Source of the DNA: Escherichia coli
Lineage (GTDB): Bacteria; Pseudomonadota; Gammaproteobacteria; Enterobacterales; Enterobacteriaceae
Length of the DNA: 64,000 nucleotides
Reading direction: 5' to 3' (one strand)
Assembly: GCF_044324875.1 (NCBI RefSeq)
Contig: NZ_CP172185.1
Shown: positions 1 through 20,953 of the stretch, in pieces
Layout of the letters: each line of letters opens with the position of its first letter
Position numbering within the stretch: the first letter of the stretch is position 1
Notes under the pieces: generated by a model
Told to the model about the DNA's origin: nothing
Database searches by the model: none
The model's input: the letters and a program-made list of their open reading frames with translations, nothing else
Program-made: the position numbers and the translations under genes

Positions 1-1312
<1,312 letters not shown>

Positions 1313-1346
1313 TTACCCCGACAGCAGTGACCTGTTTGAGCGAGAA

Positions 1347-4300
1347 TTACTCGTCTTCCAGTTCGATGTTGATACCCAGCGAACGAATCTCTTTCAACAA
1401 TACGTTGAAGGATTCTGGCATGCCCGGCTCCATCTGATGGTTGCCGTCCACGATGTTCTTATACATCTTGGTACGACCGTTCACGTCATCAGACTTAACG
1501 GTGAGCATTTCCTGCAGGGTGTATGCTGCGCCGTATGCTTCCAGCGCCCACACTTCCATCTCCCCGAAACGCTGACCACCGAACTGTGCCTTACCACCCA
1601 GCGGCTGCTGAGTAACCAGGCTGTAAGAACCGGTGGAACGCGCGTGCATCTTGTCGTCGACCAGGTGGTTCAGTTTCAGCATGTACATGTAACCAACGGT
1701 TACCGGACGTTCGAACTGTTCACCAGTGCGTCCGTCGTACAGGCGGATCTGACCAGAAGTCGGCAGGTCGCCAAGTTTCAGCAGCTCTTTAATTTCTGCT
1801 TCTTTCGCACCGTCGAACACCGGCGTTGCGATTGGCATACCTTTGCGCAGGTTTTCAGCCAGACGCATAACTTCTTCATCGCTGAAGGTACTCAGGTCAA
1901 CTTTCTGACGAACGTCAGCGCCCAGATCGTAAGCACGCTGGATGAATTCGCGCAGTTTCGCGACTTCTTGCTGCTGTTTCAGCATGGCGTTGATCTTGTC
2001 GCCGATACCTTTCGCAGCCATACCCAGGTGGGTTTCGAGGATCTGACCGATGTTCATACGAGACGGTACGCCCAGCGGGTTCAGTACGATGTCTACCGGC
2101 GTACCGTTTTCATCGTAAGGCATATCTTCGATCGGGTTGATCTTAGAAATTACACCCTTGTTACCGTGACGACCTGCCATCTTGTCACCAGGCTGGATAC
2201 GGCGTTTAACCGCCAGATATACCTTAACAATCTTCAGCACGCCCGGTGCCAGATCGTCGCCCTGGGTGATTTTGCGGCGTTTCGCTTCGAGTTTCTTCTC
2301 GAACTCGTGTTTCAGTTCGTCATACTGCTCAGCCAGCTGTTCCAGCTGATTTTGTTTCTCTTCGTCGGTCAGGCCCAGCTCCAGCCAGCGATCGCGCGGC
2401 AGTTTGTCGAGCTTCTCAGCTTCAACGCCACCGGCTACCAGCACAGCACGGATACGGCTGAACAGACCCGCTTCGAGGATCTGCAGTTCTTCAGACAGGT
2501 CTTTCTTCGCCTGTTTGAGCTGCATTTCTTCGATTTCCAGCGCACGTTTGTCTTTTTCTACGCCATCGCGAGTAAAGACCTGAACGTCGATAACCGTACC
2601 GGATACACCGTTTGGTACTCGCAGAGAAGAGTCTTTAACGTCAGACGCTTTCTCACCGAAGATCGCACGCAGCAGTTTTTCTTCTGGGGTCAGCTGGGTT
2701 TCACCTTTCGGCGTTACCTTACCAACCAGAATGTCGCCACCGGTTACTTCCGCACCAATGTAAACGATACCGGATTCATCCAGTTTGGAGAGCGCAGCTT
2801 CACCCACATTCGGGATGTCAGCGGTGATCTCTTCTGGCCCCAGCTTGGTGTCACGGGACACACACGCCAGTTCCTGAATGTGGATGGTGGTGAAACGGTC
2901 TTCCTGAACAACACGCTCGGATACGAGGATGGAGTCTTCGAAGTTGTAACCATTCCACGGCATGAACGCTACGCGCATGTTCTGACCAAGCGCCAGTTCA
3001 CCGAGGTCGGTGGACGGACCGTCTGCCAGCACGTCGCCACGTTCAACCGGTTCACCCAGAGACACACACGGCATCTGGTTAATACAGGTGTTCTGGTTAG
3101 AACGGGTGTATTTGGTCAGGTTGTAGATGTCGATACCTGCTTCACCCGGATACATCTCGTCTTCGTTAACTTTGATAACGATACGGGAAGCATCCACGTA
3201 CTGAACGACACCACCACGTTTAGCAACCGCAGTTACACCGGAGTCAACGGCAACAGCACGTTCCATACCAGTACCAACCAGCGGCTTATCAGCACGCAGA
3301 GTCGGAACGGCCTGACGTTGCATGTTCGCACCCATCAATGCACGGTTGGCGTCATCGTGTTCCAGGAACGGGATCAGGGACGCACCGACGGATACCACCT
3401 GCTGGGTGGATACGTCCATGTAGTCAACCTGGTCACGGCTGAACAAGCTGGATTCGCCTTTGCTACGGCAAGTTACCAGGTCTTCTACGAAGTGGCCTTC
3501 TTCATCCAGGTTGGAGTTCGCCTGGGCGATAACGTAGTTGCCTTCTTCGATAGCAGACAGGTAGTGAATTTCGTCAGTTACAACACCGTCGGTCACTTTA
3601 CGATACGGAGTCTCAAGGAAGCCGTATTCGTTAGTCTGTGCGTACACGGACAGAGAGTTGATCAGACCGATGTTCGGACCTTCAGGGGTTTCGATTGGAC
3701 ATACGCGACCGTAGTGAGTCGGGTGTACGTCTCGAACTTCGAAGCCTGCACGTTCACGGGTCAGACCACCCGGGCCGAGTGCGGAGATACGACGTTTGTG
3801 CGTAATTTCAGACAGCGGGTTGTTCTGGTCCATAAACTGAGACAGCTGGCTGGAACCGAAGAACTCTTTCACTGCTGCGGAAATCGGCTTAGCGTTGATC
3901 ATATCCTGAGGCATCAGGGTATCCAGATCGCCCAGAGACAGACGCTCTTTCACCGCACGCTCTACACGTACCAGGCCAACGCGGAACTGGTTTTCCGCCA
4001 TTTCGCCAACGGAACGGATACGACGGTTGCCGAGGTGGTCGATATCATCGACTTCGCCTTTACCGTTACGGATATCGATGAGCTTTTTCATAACATCAAT
4101 GATGTCGTCTTTGCTCAGGATACCGGAACCTTCGATTTCTTCGCGCAGCAGAGAACGGTTGAACTTCATACGACCAACCGCAGACAGGTCATAACGGTCT
4201 TCGGAGAAGAACAGGTTCTCGAACAGGCTTTCAGCTGCTTCACGAGTCGGCGGCTCGCCAGGGCGCATCATGCGGTAGATTTCTACCAGTGCGCTCAGAC

Positions 4301-5375
4301 GGTCGTTAGTTGGGTCGACACGTAAGGTTTCAGAGATATACGGGCCGTGATCCAGGTCGTTGGTGAACAGCGTTTCGATACGCTTGTGACCAGACTGGCT
4401 CAGCTTAGCCAGCAGATCCAGGCTCAGCTCCATGTTCGCTGCGCAGATCAGCTCGCCGGTAGACTCATCAATATAGTCTTTAGCAACCACTTTACCTGCG
4501 ATGTACTCAACCGGGACTTCGATCAGTTTGACGTCGTCTTTTTCCAGCTGGCGAATGTGGCGCGCAGTGATACGGCGGCCTTTTTCTACGTACACTTTAC
4601 CGTTAGCTTCGATGTCAAAAGATGCGGTTTCACCACGCAGGCGTTCCGGCACCAGTTCCATCTGCAGCTTGTTATCACGGATTTCAAAGATAACTTTTTC
4701 AAAGAACAGGTCGAGGATCTGCTCTGTGGTGTAGTTCAGGGCACGCAGAATGATGGTCGCAGGCAGTTTACGGCGACGGTCAATACGTACGAACAGGTTG
4801 TCCTTCGGATCGAATTCGAAGTCCAGCCAGGAACCACGGTAAGGGATGATACGCGCGTTATACAGCACTTTACCCGAAGAGTGGGTTTTACCTTTGTCGG
4901 AGTCAAAGAAGACGCCCGGACTACGGTGCAGCTGGGAAACGATAACACGCTCAGTACCGTTGATAACAAAGGTACCGTTGTCTGTCATGAGCGGAATTTC
5001 GCCCATGTAGACTTCTTGTTCTTTAATGTCTTTTACGGTGCCTTCCGGCGCTTCGCGCTCATAGATCACCAGACGCAGTTTAACGCGCAGCGGTGCGGAA
5101 TAGGTCACGCCACGGATTTGACATTCCTGGACGTCAAACACCGGTTCGCCAAGGCGGTAGCTGACGTATTGCAGCTCGGAATTACCGCTGTAGCTCTGAA
5201 TCGGGAATACGGAACGGAAAGCAGCTTCCAGACCATACTGCCCTTCAGGATCTTGCTCGATAAATTTCTGAAACGAGTCAAGCTGGATAGAAAGGAGATA
5301 AGGTACATCCAGAACTTGTGGACGTTTACCAAAATCCTTACGAATACGTTTTTTCTCGGTATAGGAGTAAACCAT
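1347..5375 (-). CDS. rpoB: DNA-directed RNA polymerase subunit beta
   Basis: ORF 1347..5408 contains [35 protein letters not shown]..., full-length RpoB; start placed at the MVYSYTEKK methionine giving 1342 codons. Confidence 0.97.
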
Positions 5376-5620
5376 AGGGTTCCTCAGCTCGCTGACAAGT
5401 CGACCCATCTGTCCATTGAGCGGACAGTTTGTGCAACACTATTTTGTTGACCGGAAAATGGAACACTTTCCGCAATGCCTGTTGCTATCACGCTTAAACC
5501 ATTTCATTGCGATTTACACAGAACGGACGTCCTGTCGCAGTATATTAAGTCGTCGATAGAAACAAGCATTGAAAGGCACAGCAGTAGTCAAACAGTGTGA
5601 AACGCTACTGGTGCCTTACA

Positions 5621-5655
5621 GCGCAAAAAGGCTGGTGACTAAAAAGTCACCAGCC
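5621..5655 (-). terminator. rplL-rpoB intergenic attenuator (partial intrinsic terminator)
   Basis: On - strand: GGCTGGTGACTTTTTAGTCACCAGCC hairpin followed by TTTTTGCGC, between rplL stop and rpoB start; matches the known attenuator position. Confidence 0.7.
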
Positions 5656-5694
5656 ATCAGCCTGATTTCTCAGGCTGCAACCGGAAGGGTTGGC

Positions 5695-6063
<369 letters not shown>

Positions 6064-6129
6064 TTAAATTGTTCCTGAATATCAGAATAAGTTTATACGT
6101 AAGCGAATGCGTTAAAAAGATAACTGCGA

Positions 6130-6627
6130 TTAAGCAGCTTCTTTCGCATCGCGTACAGCAGCCAGAGTACGAACCAGTTTGCCAGCCGAAGCTTCTTTCA
6201 TGGTTGCCATCAGGCGTGCAATTGCTTCTTCGTAGGTCGGCAGAGTTGCCAGGCGGTCGATCTGAGACGCCGGGATCAGCTCACCTTCAAAGGCAGCGGC
6301 TTTGACCTCAAATTTTGCATTCGCTTTCGCGAACTCTTTGAACAGACGAGCAGCAGCGCCCGGGTGTTCCATAGAGTATGCAATCAGGGTCGGACCAACA
6401 AACGCGTCTTTCAGGCACTCGAACGGAGTACCTTCAACAGCACGGCGCAGCAGGGTGTTACGAACAACACGCATGTATACGCCAGCTTCGCGACCTGCTT
6501 TACGCAGTTCAGTCATTTTATCTACAGTCACGCCACGGGAATCCGCAACTACTGCAGACAGCGCGCCTTTGGCTACTTCGCTGACTTCAGCAACAATCGC
6601 TTGTTTGTCTTGAAGATTTAAAGCCAT
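6130..6627 (-). CDS. rplJ: 50S ribosomal protein L10
   Basis: ORF translation [63 protein letters not shown]..., 165 aa. Confidence 0.97.
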
Positions 6628-7043
6628 TAGCTTTGCTCCTGGATGTTTGCCAGAGAAAATCTCTGGAACTCACTTCACTCCTCCAAACGGAGAGAGCGTC
6701 TTAATTACGGTGAGCAGAAACAAGCCAGAATATAAAAGAATAATCTTAGCGTTCTGTCACCGTCTACGCAGGGGATTAAGTTTCTTGCGAAACTCCTGCG
6801 GTCTTCGACGGAGGCCTGGATAGGCCAGGCTCCAACGAACAAATCTTTTCTATCCGTCGCTATTCAGCTTGTGGTGGCGTTGGTTGGCTTCCTTCGTTCG
6901 CACCAGTCACATAGTTAGCTATGCTCCTGGCGACTCACTCAGTTGCCGCCTTGCCACAACCCGAATATCTCGGACATACGTCTGCATTAAGCATTATACG
7001 TGGGGGTAAGATTGTAGACAAAATCACCGCCCACGTAAAGGCA
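6628..7043 (-). promoter_or_regulatory. rplJ leader region (long 5' UTR carrying the L10 promoter and L10(L12)4 autoregulatory site)
   Basis: About 416-nt non-coding gap between rplA stop and rplJ start, as in the E. coli rplKAJL-rpoBC cluster; exact sites not mapped by eye. Confidence 0.5.
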
Positions 7044-8243
<1,200 letters not shown>

Positions 8244-8338
8244 TTACGGGCAAGGCCCATAAAAACAAAAGGCGCGAAATTGTATTCCAATCTCGCGCCT
8301 TGTGCAACGATTAAATCGCCGCTTTTTTGATCGCTGGG

Positions 8339-8884
8339 TTAGGCTTTTTCAACCTGGCTGAAGTCCAGCTCTACCGGGGTCGCACGACCGAAGATAGAAA
8401 CAGACACTTTCAGACGAGATTTCTCGTAATCCACTTCTTCAACAACACCGTTGAAGTCAGCGAACGGACCATCATTAACACGGACCATTTCACCCGGTTC
8501 AAACAGCGTTTTCGGACGCGGCTTATCACCAACCTGCTGCAGGCGGTTCATAATCGCATCGACTTCTTTATCGCTGATTGGTGCAGGACGATCGGAAGTA
8601 CCGCCGATGAAGCCCATCACACGCGGTACGCTGCGCACCAGGTGCCAGCTCGCGTCGTTCATCACCATCTGAACGAGGACGTAGCCAGGGAAGAATTTAC
8701 GTTCGCTTTTGCGACGCTGACCGCCACGGATTTCAACCACTTCTTCGGTTGGTACCATGACTTCACCAAACAAATCTTCCATGTTGTGTAATTTGATATG
8801 CTCACGCAGCGACGTTGCTACGCGGCCTTCAAAACCGGAAAACGCCTGAACGACGTACCAGCGCTTTTTAGGAGCTTCAGACAT
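8339..8884 (-). CDS. nusG: Transcription termination/antitermination factor NusG
   Basis: ORF translation [73 protein letters not shown]..., 181 aa. Confidence 0.97.
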
Positions 8885-8885
8885 C

Positions 8886-9269
8886 TCAGAACCTCAGGCC
8901 AGTGATAAAGGATACCAGGCGAACCAGAATACCATCCAGTCCCCACAGGATCAGTGACATTACTGCGGTAACCGCAGCCACAATCAGCGTGGTGTGCAAT
9001 GTTTCCTGGCGAGTCGGCCAAATGACCTTACGGACTTCGGTACGCGCTTCACGGGCAAAAGCAACGGTAGCTTTACCTTTTGTCGTTAACAGCGCGACAC
9101 CACCCGCTGCAGCAATCAGAATTACTACGGCCAGCGCACGCAGCGGCAGCATAATGTCGCGATAAAGATAGTTGCCGACAATCGCCACCAGGAGCAATGC
9201 CACCACAACGACCCACTTCATCGCTTCCAGGCCGCGCCCGCTTCCTTGAGCTTCGGTATTCGCACTCAT
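8886..9269 (-). CDS. secE: Preprotein translocase subunit SecE
   Basis: ORF translation [94 protein letters not shown]..., 127 aa. Confidence 0.97.
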
Positions 9270-9436
9270 AAACCAACCTGTCAGAAGTTTTCTACAAACA
9301 TTTTCACCCCGCGATCGCGAGGCAAACCAAATCGAAACGCGTATTAGCTTTTCGGATTATACGCCCTCAACAGAGCCTGTCTCAGCAATGATTATGACAA
9401 AGAAAATCACTGATGAGCCAGGTTCTGGTACGAAAG

Positions 9437-9470
9437 CGTGCAAAAAGGGCATCAAATGATGCCCTTTTAG
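9437..9470 (-). terminator. tufB intrinsic terminator
   Basis: Palindrome AAAGGGCATCATTTGATGCCCTTT followed by T-run on the - strand, directly after the tufB stop. Confidence 0.7.
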
Positions 9471-9498
9471 TGCGCATTGCGTCAAATGTTATCGGCAA

Positions 9499-10719
<1,221 letters not shown>

Positions 10720-10797
10720 TCACCACATCAACCAGGCAACATGCCCGACTTGTTGAATGCAATAAACAGAAGGAAAAAACAGGGAGGAGAAAAGAAG

Positions 10798-10873
10798 TGG
10801 TGCTGATAGGCAGATTCGAACTGCCGACCTCACCCTTACCAAGGGTGCGCTCTACCAACTGAGCTATATCAGC
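10798..10873 (-). tRNA. thrT: tRNA-Thr
   Basis: Reverse complement reads GCTGATATAGCTCAGTTGGTAGAGCGCACCCTTGGTAAGGGTGAGGTCGGCAGTTCGAATCTGCCTATCAGCACCA. Confidence 0.95.
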
Positions 10874-10879
10874 ACATCT

Positions 10880-10954
<75 letters not shown>

Positions 10955-11070
10955 ATCCTGGAACTCGGCTACCTGATTTTCATTCTGCACTGAATATCGA
11001 GAGAAGCTCTCTTTATTCGAGCCGGTAAGCGAACTTATCGTCTCGGGCTACGCCATCGCGTGGCCGAAAT

Positions 11071-11155
<85 letters not shown>

Positions 11156-11163
11156 GGACTTGA

Positions 11164-11239
<76 letters not shown>

Positions 11240-11600
11240 ATCAAGTAGCGCGCATTCTATGGAGACATGCGAGTTCATGCAACTAAAAAATTGCATAATT
11301 TGTTTTATTGGTCACATTTTATGCGACACGATGAAGAAACAGCCGAATGGAGGGCAGATTAGCACACTTTTTCAACATCATTGTGCTCAACAATGCGCTC
11401 CTGCTAAACCATAATTCTTTTTATCAGATGGAATATCTGTCACATTGCTTTTCAACGATAGCTTCCTGGGAGAGATTTTTTCTTATTATTCCTCCCCATC
11501 TGGTGTTACCCTCCTGCCCATTAACCCATTCAACAGAACTGTGACGCGCCATGGCAAATATCGCTTTGCCGATAGAGCTATGACCGCCAGAAACATGCTT

Positions 11601-12551
11601 ATGAGTATAAAAGAGCAAACGTTAATGACGCCTTACCTACAGTTTGACCGCAACCAGTGGGCAGCTCTGCGTGATTCCGTACCTATGACGTTATCGGAAG
11701 ATGAGATCGCCCGTCTCAAAGGTATTAATGAAGATCTCTCGTTAGAAGAAGTTGCCGAGATCTATTTACCTCTGTCACGTTTGCTGAACTTCTATATAAG
11801 CTCGAATCTGCGCCGTCAGGCAGTTCTGGAACAGTTTCTTGGTACCAACGGGCAACGCATTCCTTACATTATCAGTATTGCTGGTAGTGTCGCTGTGGGG
11901 AAAAGTACAACCGCCCGTGTATTGCAGGCGCTATTAAGCCGTTGGCCGGAACATCGTCGTGTTGAACTGATCACGACTGATGGCTTCCTTCACCCTAATC
12001 AGGTACTGAAAGAACGTGGTCTGATGAAGAAGAAAGGCTTCCCGGAATCGTATGATATGCATCGCCTGGTGAAGTTTGTTTCCGATCTCAAATCCGGCGT
12101 GCCAAACGTTACAGCACCTGTTTACTCGCATCTTATTTATGATGTGATCCCGGATGGAGATAAAACGGTTGTTCAGCCTGATATTTTAATTCTTGAAGGG
12201 TTAAATGTCTTACAGAGCGGGATGGATTATCCACACGATCCACATCATGTATTTGTTTCTGATTTTGTCGATTTTTCGATATATGTTGATGCATCGGAAG
12301 ACTTACTTCAGACGTGGTATATCAACCGTTTCCTGAAATTCCGCGAAGGGGCTTTTACAGACCCGGATTCCTATTTTCATAACTACGCGAAATTAACTAA
12401 AGAAGAAGCGATTAATACTGCCATGACGTTGTGGAAAGAGATCAACTGGCTGAACTTAAAGCAAAATATTCTACCTACTCGCGAGCGCGCCAGTTTAATC
12501 CTGACGAAAAGTGCTAATCATGCGGTAGAAGAGGTCAGGCTACGCAAATAA
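11601..12551 (+). CDS. coaA: Pantothenate kinase (type I)
   Basis: ORF 11445..12551 contains [41 protein letters not shown]... and Walker A motif GSVAVGKST; start placed at MSIKEQ (316 codons). Confidence 0.93.
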   Translation: MSIKEQTLMTPYLQFDRNQWAALRDSVPMTLSEDEIARLKGINEDLSLEEVAEIYLPLSRLLNFYISSNLRRQAVLEQFLGTNGQRIPYIISIAGSVAVGKSTTARVLQALLSRWPEHRRVELITTDGFLHPNQVLKERGLMKKKGFPESYDMHRLVKFVSDLKSGVPNVTAPVYSHLIYDVIPDGDKTVVQPDILILEGLNVLQSGMDYPHDPHHVFVSDFVDFSIYVDASEDLLQTWYINRFLKFREGAFTDPDSYFHNYAKLTKEEAINTAMTLWKEINWLNLKQNILPTRERASLILTKSANHAVEEVRLRK

Positions 12552-12556
12552 TTTTC

Positions 12557-12578
12557 AGGGGAGCTAATGCTCCCCTAT
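12557..12578. terminator. Bidirectional hairpin between convergent coaA and birA
   Basis: Palindrome AGGGGAGCTAATGCTCCCCT with flanking T/A runs immediately after the coaA stop. Confidence 0.6.
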
Positions 12579-12582
12579 CTTA

Positions 12583-13545
12583 TTATTCCGCACTACGCAG
12601 GGATATTTCACCGCCCATCCAAGGTTTTATTATTCCATCCTGCTCAAGCAATAAAGCGCCCTGTTTGTCTATTCCGCGCGAAATGCCAAATATTTCTTTA
12701 TCACCAATGATAAGTTTCACTGGGCGATTAATAAAATTATCCAGCTTTTCCCAGCGCGAAAGATAAGGTGCCAATCCTTCTTGCTCGAAGAGTTCCAGCG
12801 CCGCGCGTAATTCACGTATGAGCATGGCCGCCAACGTATTACGATCGAGATTGATCCCGGCTTCCTGCAGCGTGATCCACCCTTGATTAACGACACTCTC
12901 TTCAACACGACGCATTGCCATGTTGATCCCGGCTCCAATGACTATTTGCGCCGCATCGCCGGTTTTGCCAGTTAGCTCCACAAGAATGCCTGCCAGCTTG
13001 CGATCCTGCAGATAGAGGTCATTAGGCCATTTAACACGAACTTTATCTGCACCCAGCTTGCGTAATACTTCCGCCATCACGATACCGATAACCAGACTTA
13101 AACCAATCGCCGCCGCCGGGCCTTGTTCCAGACGCCAGAACATCGACAAATATAAGTTTGCGCCAAAAGGCGAAAACCATTTCCGACCCCGGCGACCACG
13201 GCCAGCCTGCTGGTATTCTGCAACACAGGCATCGCCCGATTTAAGCTCTCCGATACGATCAAGAAGGTACTGATTCGTGGAGTCAATAACGGGCAGCACA
13301 GTTACACTACCGCCATCCAGCTGACCCAATATCTGTTCAGCATTAAGTAACTGGATAGGCTCAGGCAGGCTGTATCCTTTACCCGGAACGGTAAAGACAT
13401 CAACGCCCCAGTCACGCAGTGTCTGAATGTGTTTATTAATAGCCGCCCGGCTCATTCCCAGCGTTTCACCCAACTGCTCGCCAGAGTGAAATTCACCGTT
13501 CGCTAATAGGGCGATCAATTTCAGTGGCACGGTGTTATCCTTCAT
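12583..13545 (-). CDS. birA: Bifunctional biotin-[acetyl-CoA-carboxylase] ligase / biotin operon repressor
   Basis: ORF translation [62 protein letters not shown]...; 320 codons. Confidence 0.95.
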   Translation of the reverse strand: MKDNTVPLKLIALLANGEFHSGEQLGETLGMSRAAINKHIQTLRDWGVDVFTVPGKGYSLPEPIQLLNAEQILGQLDGGSVTVLPVIDSTNQYLLDRIGELKSGDACVAEYQQAGRGRRGRKWFSPFGANLYLSMFWRLEQGPAAAIGLSLVIGIVMAEVLRKLGADKVRVKWPNDLYLQDRKLAGILVELTGKTGDAAQIVIGAGINMAMRRVEESVVNQGWITLQEAGINLDRNTLAAMLIRELRAALELFEQEGLAPYLSRWEKLDNFINRPVKLIIGDKEIFGISRGIDKQGALLLEQDGIIKPWMGGEISLRSAE

Positions 13546-14570
13546 GAAATCGTCTCCACTGCGCTCACTTCACCTGATGCACCAATAAAGCGGACTTCAG
13601 GCTCAAGCCAGACATTAAATTTTTCACCCACTTTTTGTCTTACATGGTGTGCCAGTTGCACCACATCTTCGCTTTTTGCATTGTCTTCATTAATGAGAAC
13701 TAACGCCTGTTGACGGTGCACCGCAGCCCCACCCATTTGCATCCCTTTTAGCTGGCACTGATCGATAAGCCAACCTGCTGCCAGTTTTACTGAACCATCC
13801 GCCTGGGGATAATTTGGTGCTGTTGGAAATTGTGCCAGTAATGCTTTAGCCGTTTCGGCAGATACAACAGGGTTTTTGAAGAAACTACCGGCATTGCCAT
13901 TCACTTTTGGGTCAGGAAGTTTGGTGGTGCGCATATGACACACCGCATCAAATACTTGCTGTGGCGTTATTGTTGTAGGATCCAGACGAGTTAAGTCACC
14001 ATACGTTAGTACAGGTTGCCACTCTTTTGGCAGACGCAGACCTACGGCTACAATGGCGAAGCGATCCTGGTATTCATGTTTAAAAATACTGTCGCGATAG
14101 CCAAAACGGCACTCTTTGGCAGTTAAGCGCACTTGCTTGCCTGTCGCCAGTTCAACACAATCAACATAAGCGCAAACTCGCTGTAATTCTACGCCATAAG
14201 CACCAATATTCTGGATAGGTGATGAGCCGACACAACCAGGAATTAATGCCAGATTTTCCAGACCAGGCATACCTTCCTGCAAAGTGTATTTTACCAGGCG
14301 ATGCCAGTTTTCTCCGGCTCCTACATGTAAATACCACGCATCAGGTTCATCATGAATTTCGATACCTTTGATCCGGTTGATGATCACCGTACCGCGATAG
14401 TCTTCCAGAAAAAGTACATTACTTCCTTCACCCAGAATAAGAACGGATTGTCCTTTTGCGGTTGCATGCTGCCAGGCATTGAGTAGTTGTTGTTCGTCTT
14501 CGGCACATACAATGTGCTGAGCATTATGATCAATGCCAAATGTGTTCCAGGGTTTTAAGGAGTGGTTCAT
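13542..14570 (-). CDS. murB: UDP-N-acetylenolpyruvoylglucosamine reductase
   Basis: ORF translation [93 protein letters not shown]..., 342 aa; 4-nt overlap with birA. Confidence 0.96.
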   Translation of the reverse strand: MNHSLKPWNTFGIDHNAQHIVCAEDEQQLLNAWQHATAKGQSVLILGEGSNVLFLEDYRGTVIINRIKGIEIHDEPDAWYLHVGAGENWHRLVKYTLQEGMPGLENLALIPGCVGSSPIQNIGAYGVELQRVCAYVDCVELATGKQVRLTAKECRFGYRDSIFKHEYQDRFAIVAVGLRLPKEWQPVLTYGDLTRLDPTTITPQQVFDAVCHMRTTKLPDPKVNGNAGSFFKNPVVSAETAKALLAQFPTAPNYPQADGSVKLAAGWLIDQCQLKGMQMGGAAVHRQQALVLINEDNAKSEDVVQLAHHVRQKVGEKFNVWLEPEVRFIGASGEVSAVETIS

Positions 14571-14662
14571 AGCTGCTTTCCTGATGCAAAAACGAGGCTA
14601 GTTTACCGTATCTGTGGGGGGATGGCTTGTAGTTATGACGACAGGGAGTGTTTGTAGAAACG

Positions 14663-14696
14663 CAAAAAGGCCCAGTCTTCCGACTGGGCCTTTCGC
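14663..14696 (-). terminator. rrnB operon intrinsic terminator (single T1/T2-like hairpin)
   Basis: On - strand right after the 5S gene: CAAATTAAGCGAAAGGCCCAGTCGGAAGACTGGGCCTTTTTGCGTTTCTAC, a stem-loop plus U-run. Confidence 0.8.
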
Positions 14697-14704
14697 TTAA
14701 TTTG

Positions 14705-14824
14705 ATGCCTGGCAGTTCCCTACTCTCGCATGGGGAGACCCCACACTACCATCGGCGCTACGGCGTTTCACTTCTGAGTTCGGCATGGGGTCAGGTGGGA
14801 CCACCGCGCTACGGCCGCCAGGCA
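14705..14824 (-). rRNA. rrfB: 5S ribosomal RNA
   Basis: Reverse complement begins TGCCTGGCGGCCGTAGCGCGGTGGTCCCACCTGACCCCATGCCGAACTCAGAAGTGAAACGCCGTAGCGCCGATGGTAGTGTGGGG... and ends ...GGGAACTGCCAGGCAT; 120 nt. Confidence 0.97.
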
Positions 14825-14922
14825 AATTCTGTTTTATCAACACGTCTCGTTATGACCTGTCGATTTAATCTGTATCAGGCTGAAAATCTTTCTCTCATCC
14901 GCCAAAACATCTTCGGCGTTGT

Positions 14923-17827
<2,905 letters not shown>

Positions 17828-18020
17828 TCACAACCCGAAGATGTTTCTTTCGATTCATCATCGTGTTGCGAAAATTTGAGAGACTCACGAACAACTTTCG
17901 TTGTTCAGTGTTTCAATTTTCAGCTTGATCCAGATTTTTAAAGAGCAAATATCTCAAACAAGACTTAACAGTCTGTTTTGAGATATTGAGGTCGGCGACT
18001 TTCACTCACAAACCAGCAAG

Positions 18021-18096
18021 TGGCGTCCCCTAGGGGATTCGAACCCCTGTTACCGCCGTGAAAGGGCGGTGTCCTGGGCCTCTAGACGAAGGGGAC
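18021..18096 (-). tRNA. gltT: tRNA-Glu in the 16S-23S spacer
   Basis: Reverse complement reads GTCCCCTTCGTCTAGAGGCCCAGGACACCGCCCTTTCACGGCGGTAACAGGGGTTCGAATCCCCTAGGGGACGCCA. Confidence 0.95.
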
Positions 18097-18181
18097 GTAT
18101 CAGTCTGCTTCGCAAGACGCCTTGCTTTTCACTTTCTATCAGACAATCTGTGTGAGCACTGCAAAGTACGCTTCTTTAAGG

Positions 18182-19723
<1,542 letters not shown>

Positions 19724-19849
19724 AAAAGTTTGATGCTCAAAGAATTAAACTTCGTAATGAATTACGTGTTCACTCTTGAGACTTGGTATTCATTTTTCGT
19801 CTTGCGACGTTAAGAATCCGTATCTTCGAGTGCCCACACAGATTGTCTG

Positions 19850-19862
19850 ATAAATTGTTAAA
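19850..19862 (-). promoter_or_regulatory. rrn leader boxA antitermination element
   Basis: Reverse strand contains TGCTCTTTAACAA in the 16S leader. Confidence 0.7.
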
Positions 19863-19894
19863 GAGCAGTGCCGCTTCGCTTTTTCTCAGCGGCG

Positions 19895-20075
19895 CGGGGT
19901 GTGCATAATACGCTTTCCCGCTACAGAGTCAAGCATTTTTTTGCTTTTCCCTGTTGAGATTCTCAGGAGAACCTCGCTGACCCGGCGGCGTGTTTGCCGT
20001 TGTTCCGTGTCAGTGGTGGCGCATTATAGGGAGTTATTCCGGCCTGACAAGAGGAAATTTAAAATAATTTTCTGA
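19895..20075 (-). promoter_or_regulatory. rrnB tandem promoters P2 and P1 with UP element
   Basis: On - strand: P1 CTTGTCAGGCCGGAATAACTCCCTATAATGCGCCACCACTG (-35 complement at 20045..20050, -10 at 20023..20028) preceded by A/T-rich UP element; P2 TTGACT-N17-TATTAT (complement 19927..19932 and 19905..19910). Confidence 0.85.
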
Positions 20076-20095
20076 CCGCGCAACATTCAACCAAA

Positions 20096-20953
20096 TCAGT
20101 CTAAAACTGCCAGTTTTTCGAGCGTTTCGAAGCCGTAACGCTGTAAAACGGGCAATAATTGTTCAGCTTCTGGCGTCATTGCCATACAAAAGGCAATATT
20201 CGCATCGGCAGATTTTGCATCCGGGGCTTCATGCTCTAGCAACCAGGCCGTTCGGCGAGCAATCGCTGCGCCAGAATCCACCAGCCGGGTTCCCTCTGGC
20301 AGCACCTGTAACAGTTCTTCTTGTAGTAGAGGGAAATGGGTACACCCCAGTACAACGGTATCTGGCGGCTCTTTCATTCTTAACCACGGACGCAAGATAC
20401 GTTTTAGCGCATCCAGAGAAACATCTTCGCCATGCAGCTTCGCTTCAGCCAACTCAACCATCTCTGCCGAGCCCAGCATTTCTATCTGGCATTCATTAGC
20501 GAATCGCGCGATCAGCTCATGAGTATAAGAACGTTTAACTGTTCCGCGGGTTGCCAGTAATCCAACAATGCCATTTGCCGTCAGACGTGCAGCAGGTTTA
20601 ATCGCCGGCACGACACCAACAACCGGGAAGTCGAACTTTTCGCGTAATGCAGGAAGTGAAACGGTACTGGCGGTGTTGCAAGCGACCACCGCCAGCGCAA
20701 GGGGATAACGTTCTTGCACCGCGGTGACAATTGCCACCACTCGCTCAACAATAAACGCTTCGCTTTTTTCGCCATACGGGAAAGCGACGTTATCGAAAGC
20801 ATAAATGTAATGGAGATCCGGTAAGAGATGCCGGATCTCGTCATAGACCGACAACCCACCGACGCCGGAGTCAAACACCAGCACGGTGGGACGTGGTTCA
20901 GAAGGTGTAGCTGCCAGACAAGGTGTATTCCCGTCCTGCAGTTTGGTAGCCAT
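20096..20953 (-). CDS. murI: Glutamate racemase
   Basis: ORF 20096..20965 contains [65 protein letters not shown]...; start placed at MATKLQ (285 codons); overlaps the btuB 3' end as in E. coli. Confidence 0.93.
   Translation of the reverse strand: MATKLQDGNTPCLAATPSEPRPTVLVFDSGVGGLSVYDEIRHLLPDLHYIYAFDNVAFPYGEKSEAFIVERVVAIVTAVQERYPLALAVVACNTASTVSLPALREKFDFPVVGVVPAIKPAARLTANGIVGLLATRGTVKRSYTHELIARFANECQIEMLGSAEMVELAEAKLHGEDVSLDALKRILRPWLRMKEPPDTVVLGCTHFPLLQEELLQVLPEGTRLVDSGAAIARRTAWLLEHEAPDAKSADANIAFCMAMTPEAEQLLPVLQRYGFETLEKLAVLD

Noticed and set aside
5376-5408. N-terminal extensions of ORF-track entries (for example rpoB ORF starting at 5408; similar extensions for argE, oxyR, eptC, katG, metB, metJ, gldA, frwB, frwD, pflC, murI, fabR, argB, yijE, coaA)
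   Set aside because: The ORF track reports the longest stop-to-stop Met-initiated frame; comparison with the known protein N-termini places the real starts at internal methionines, so the upstream extensions are not coding.
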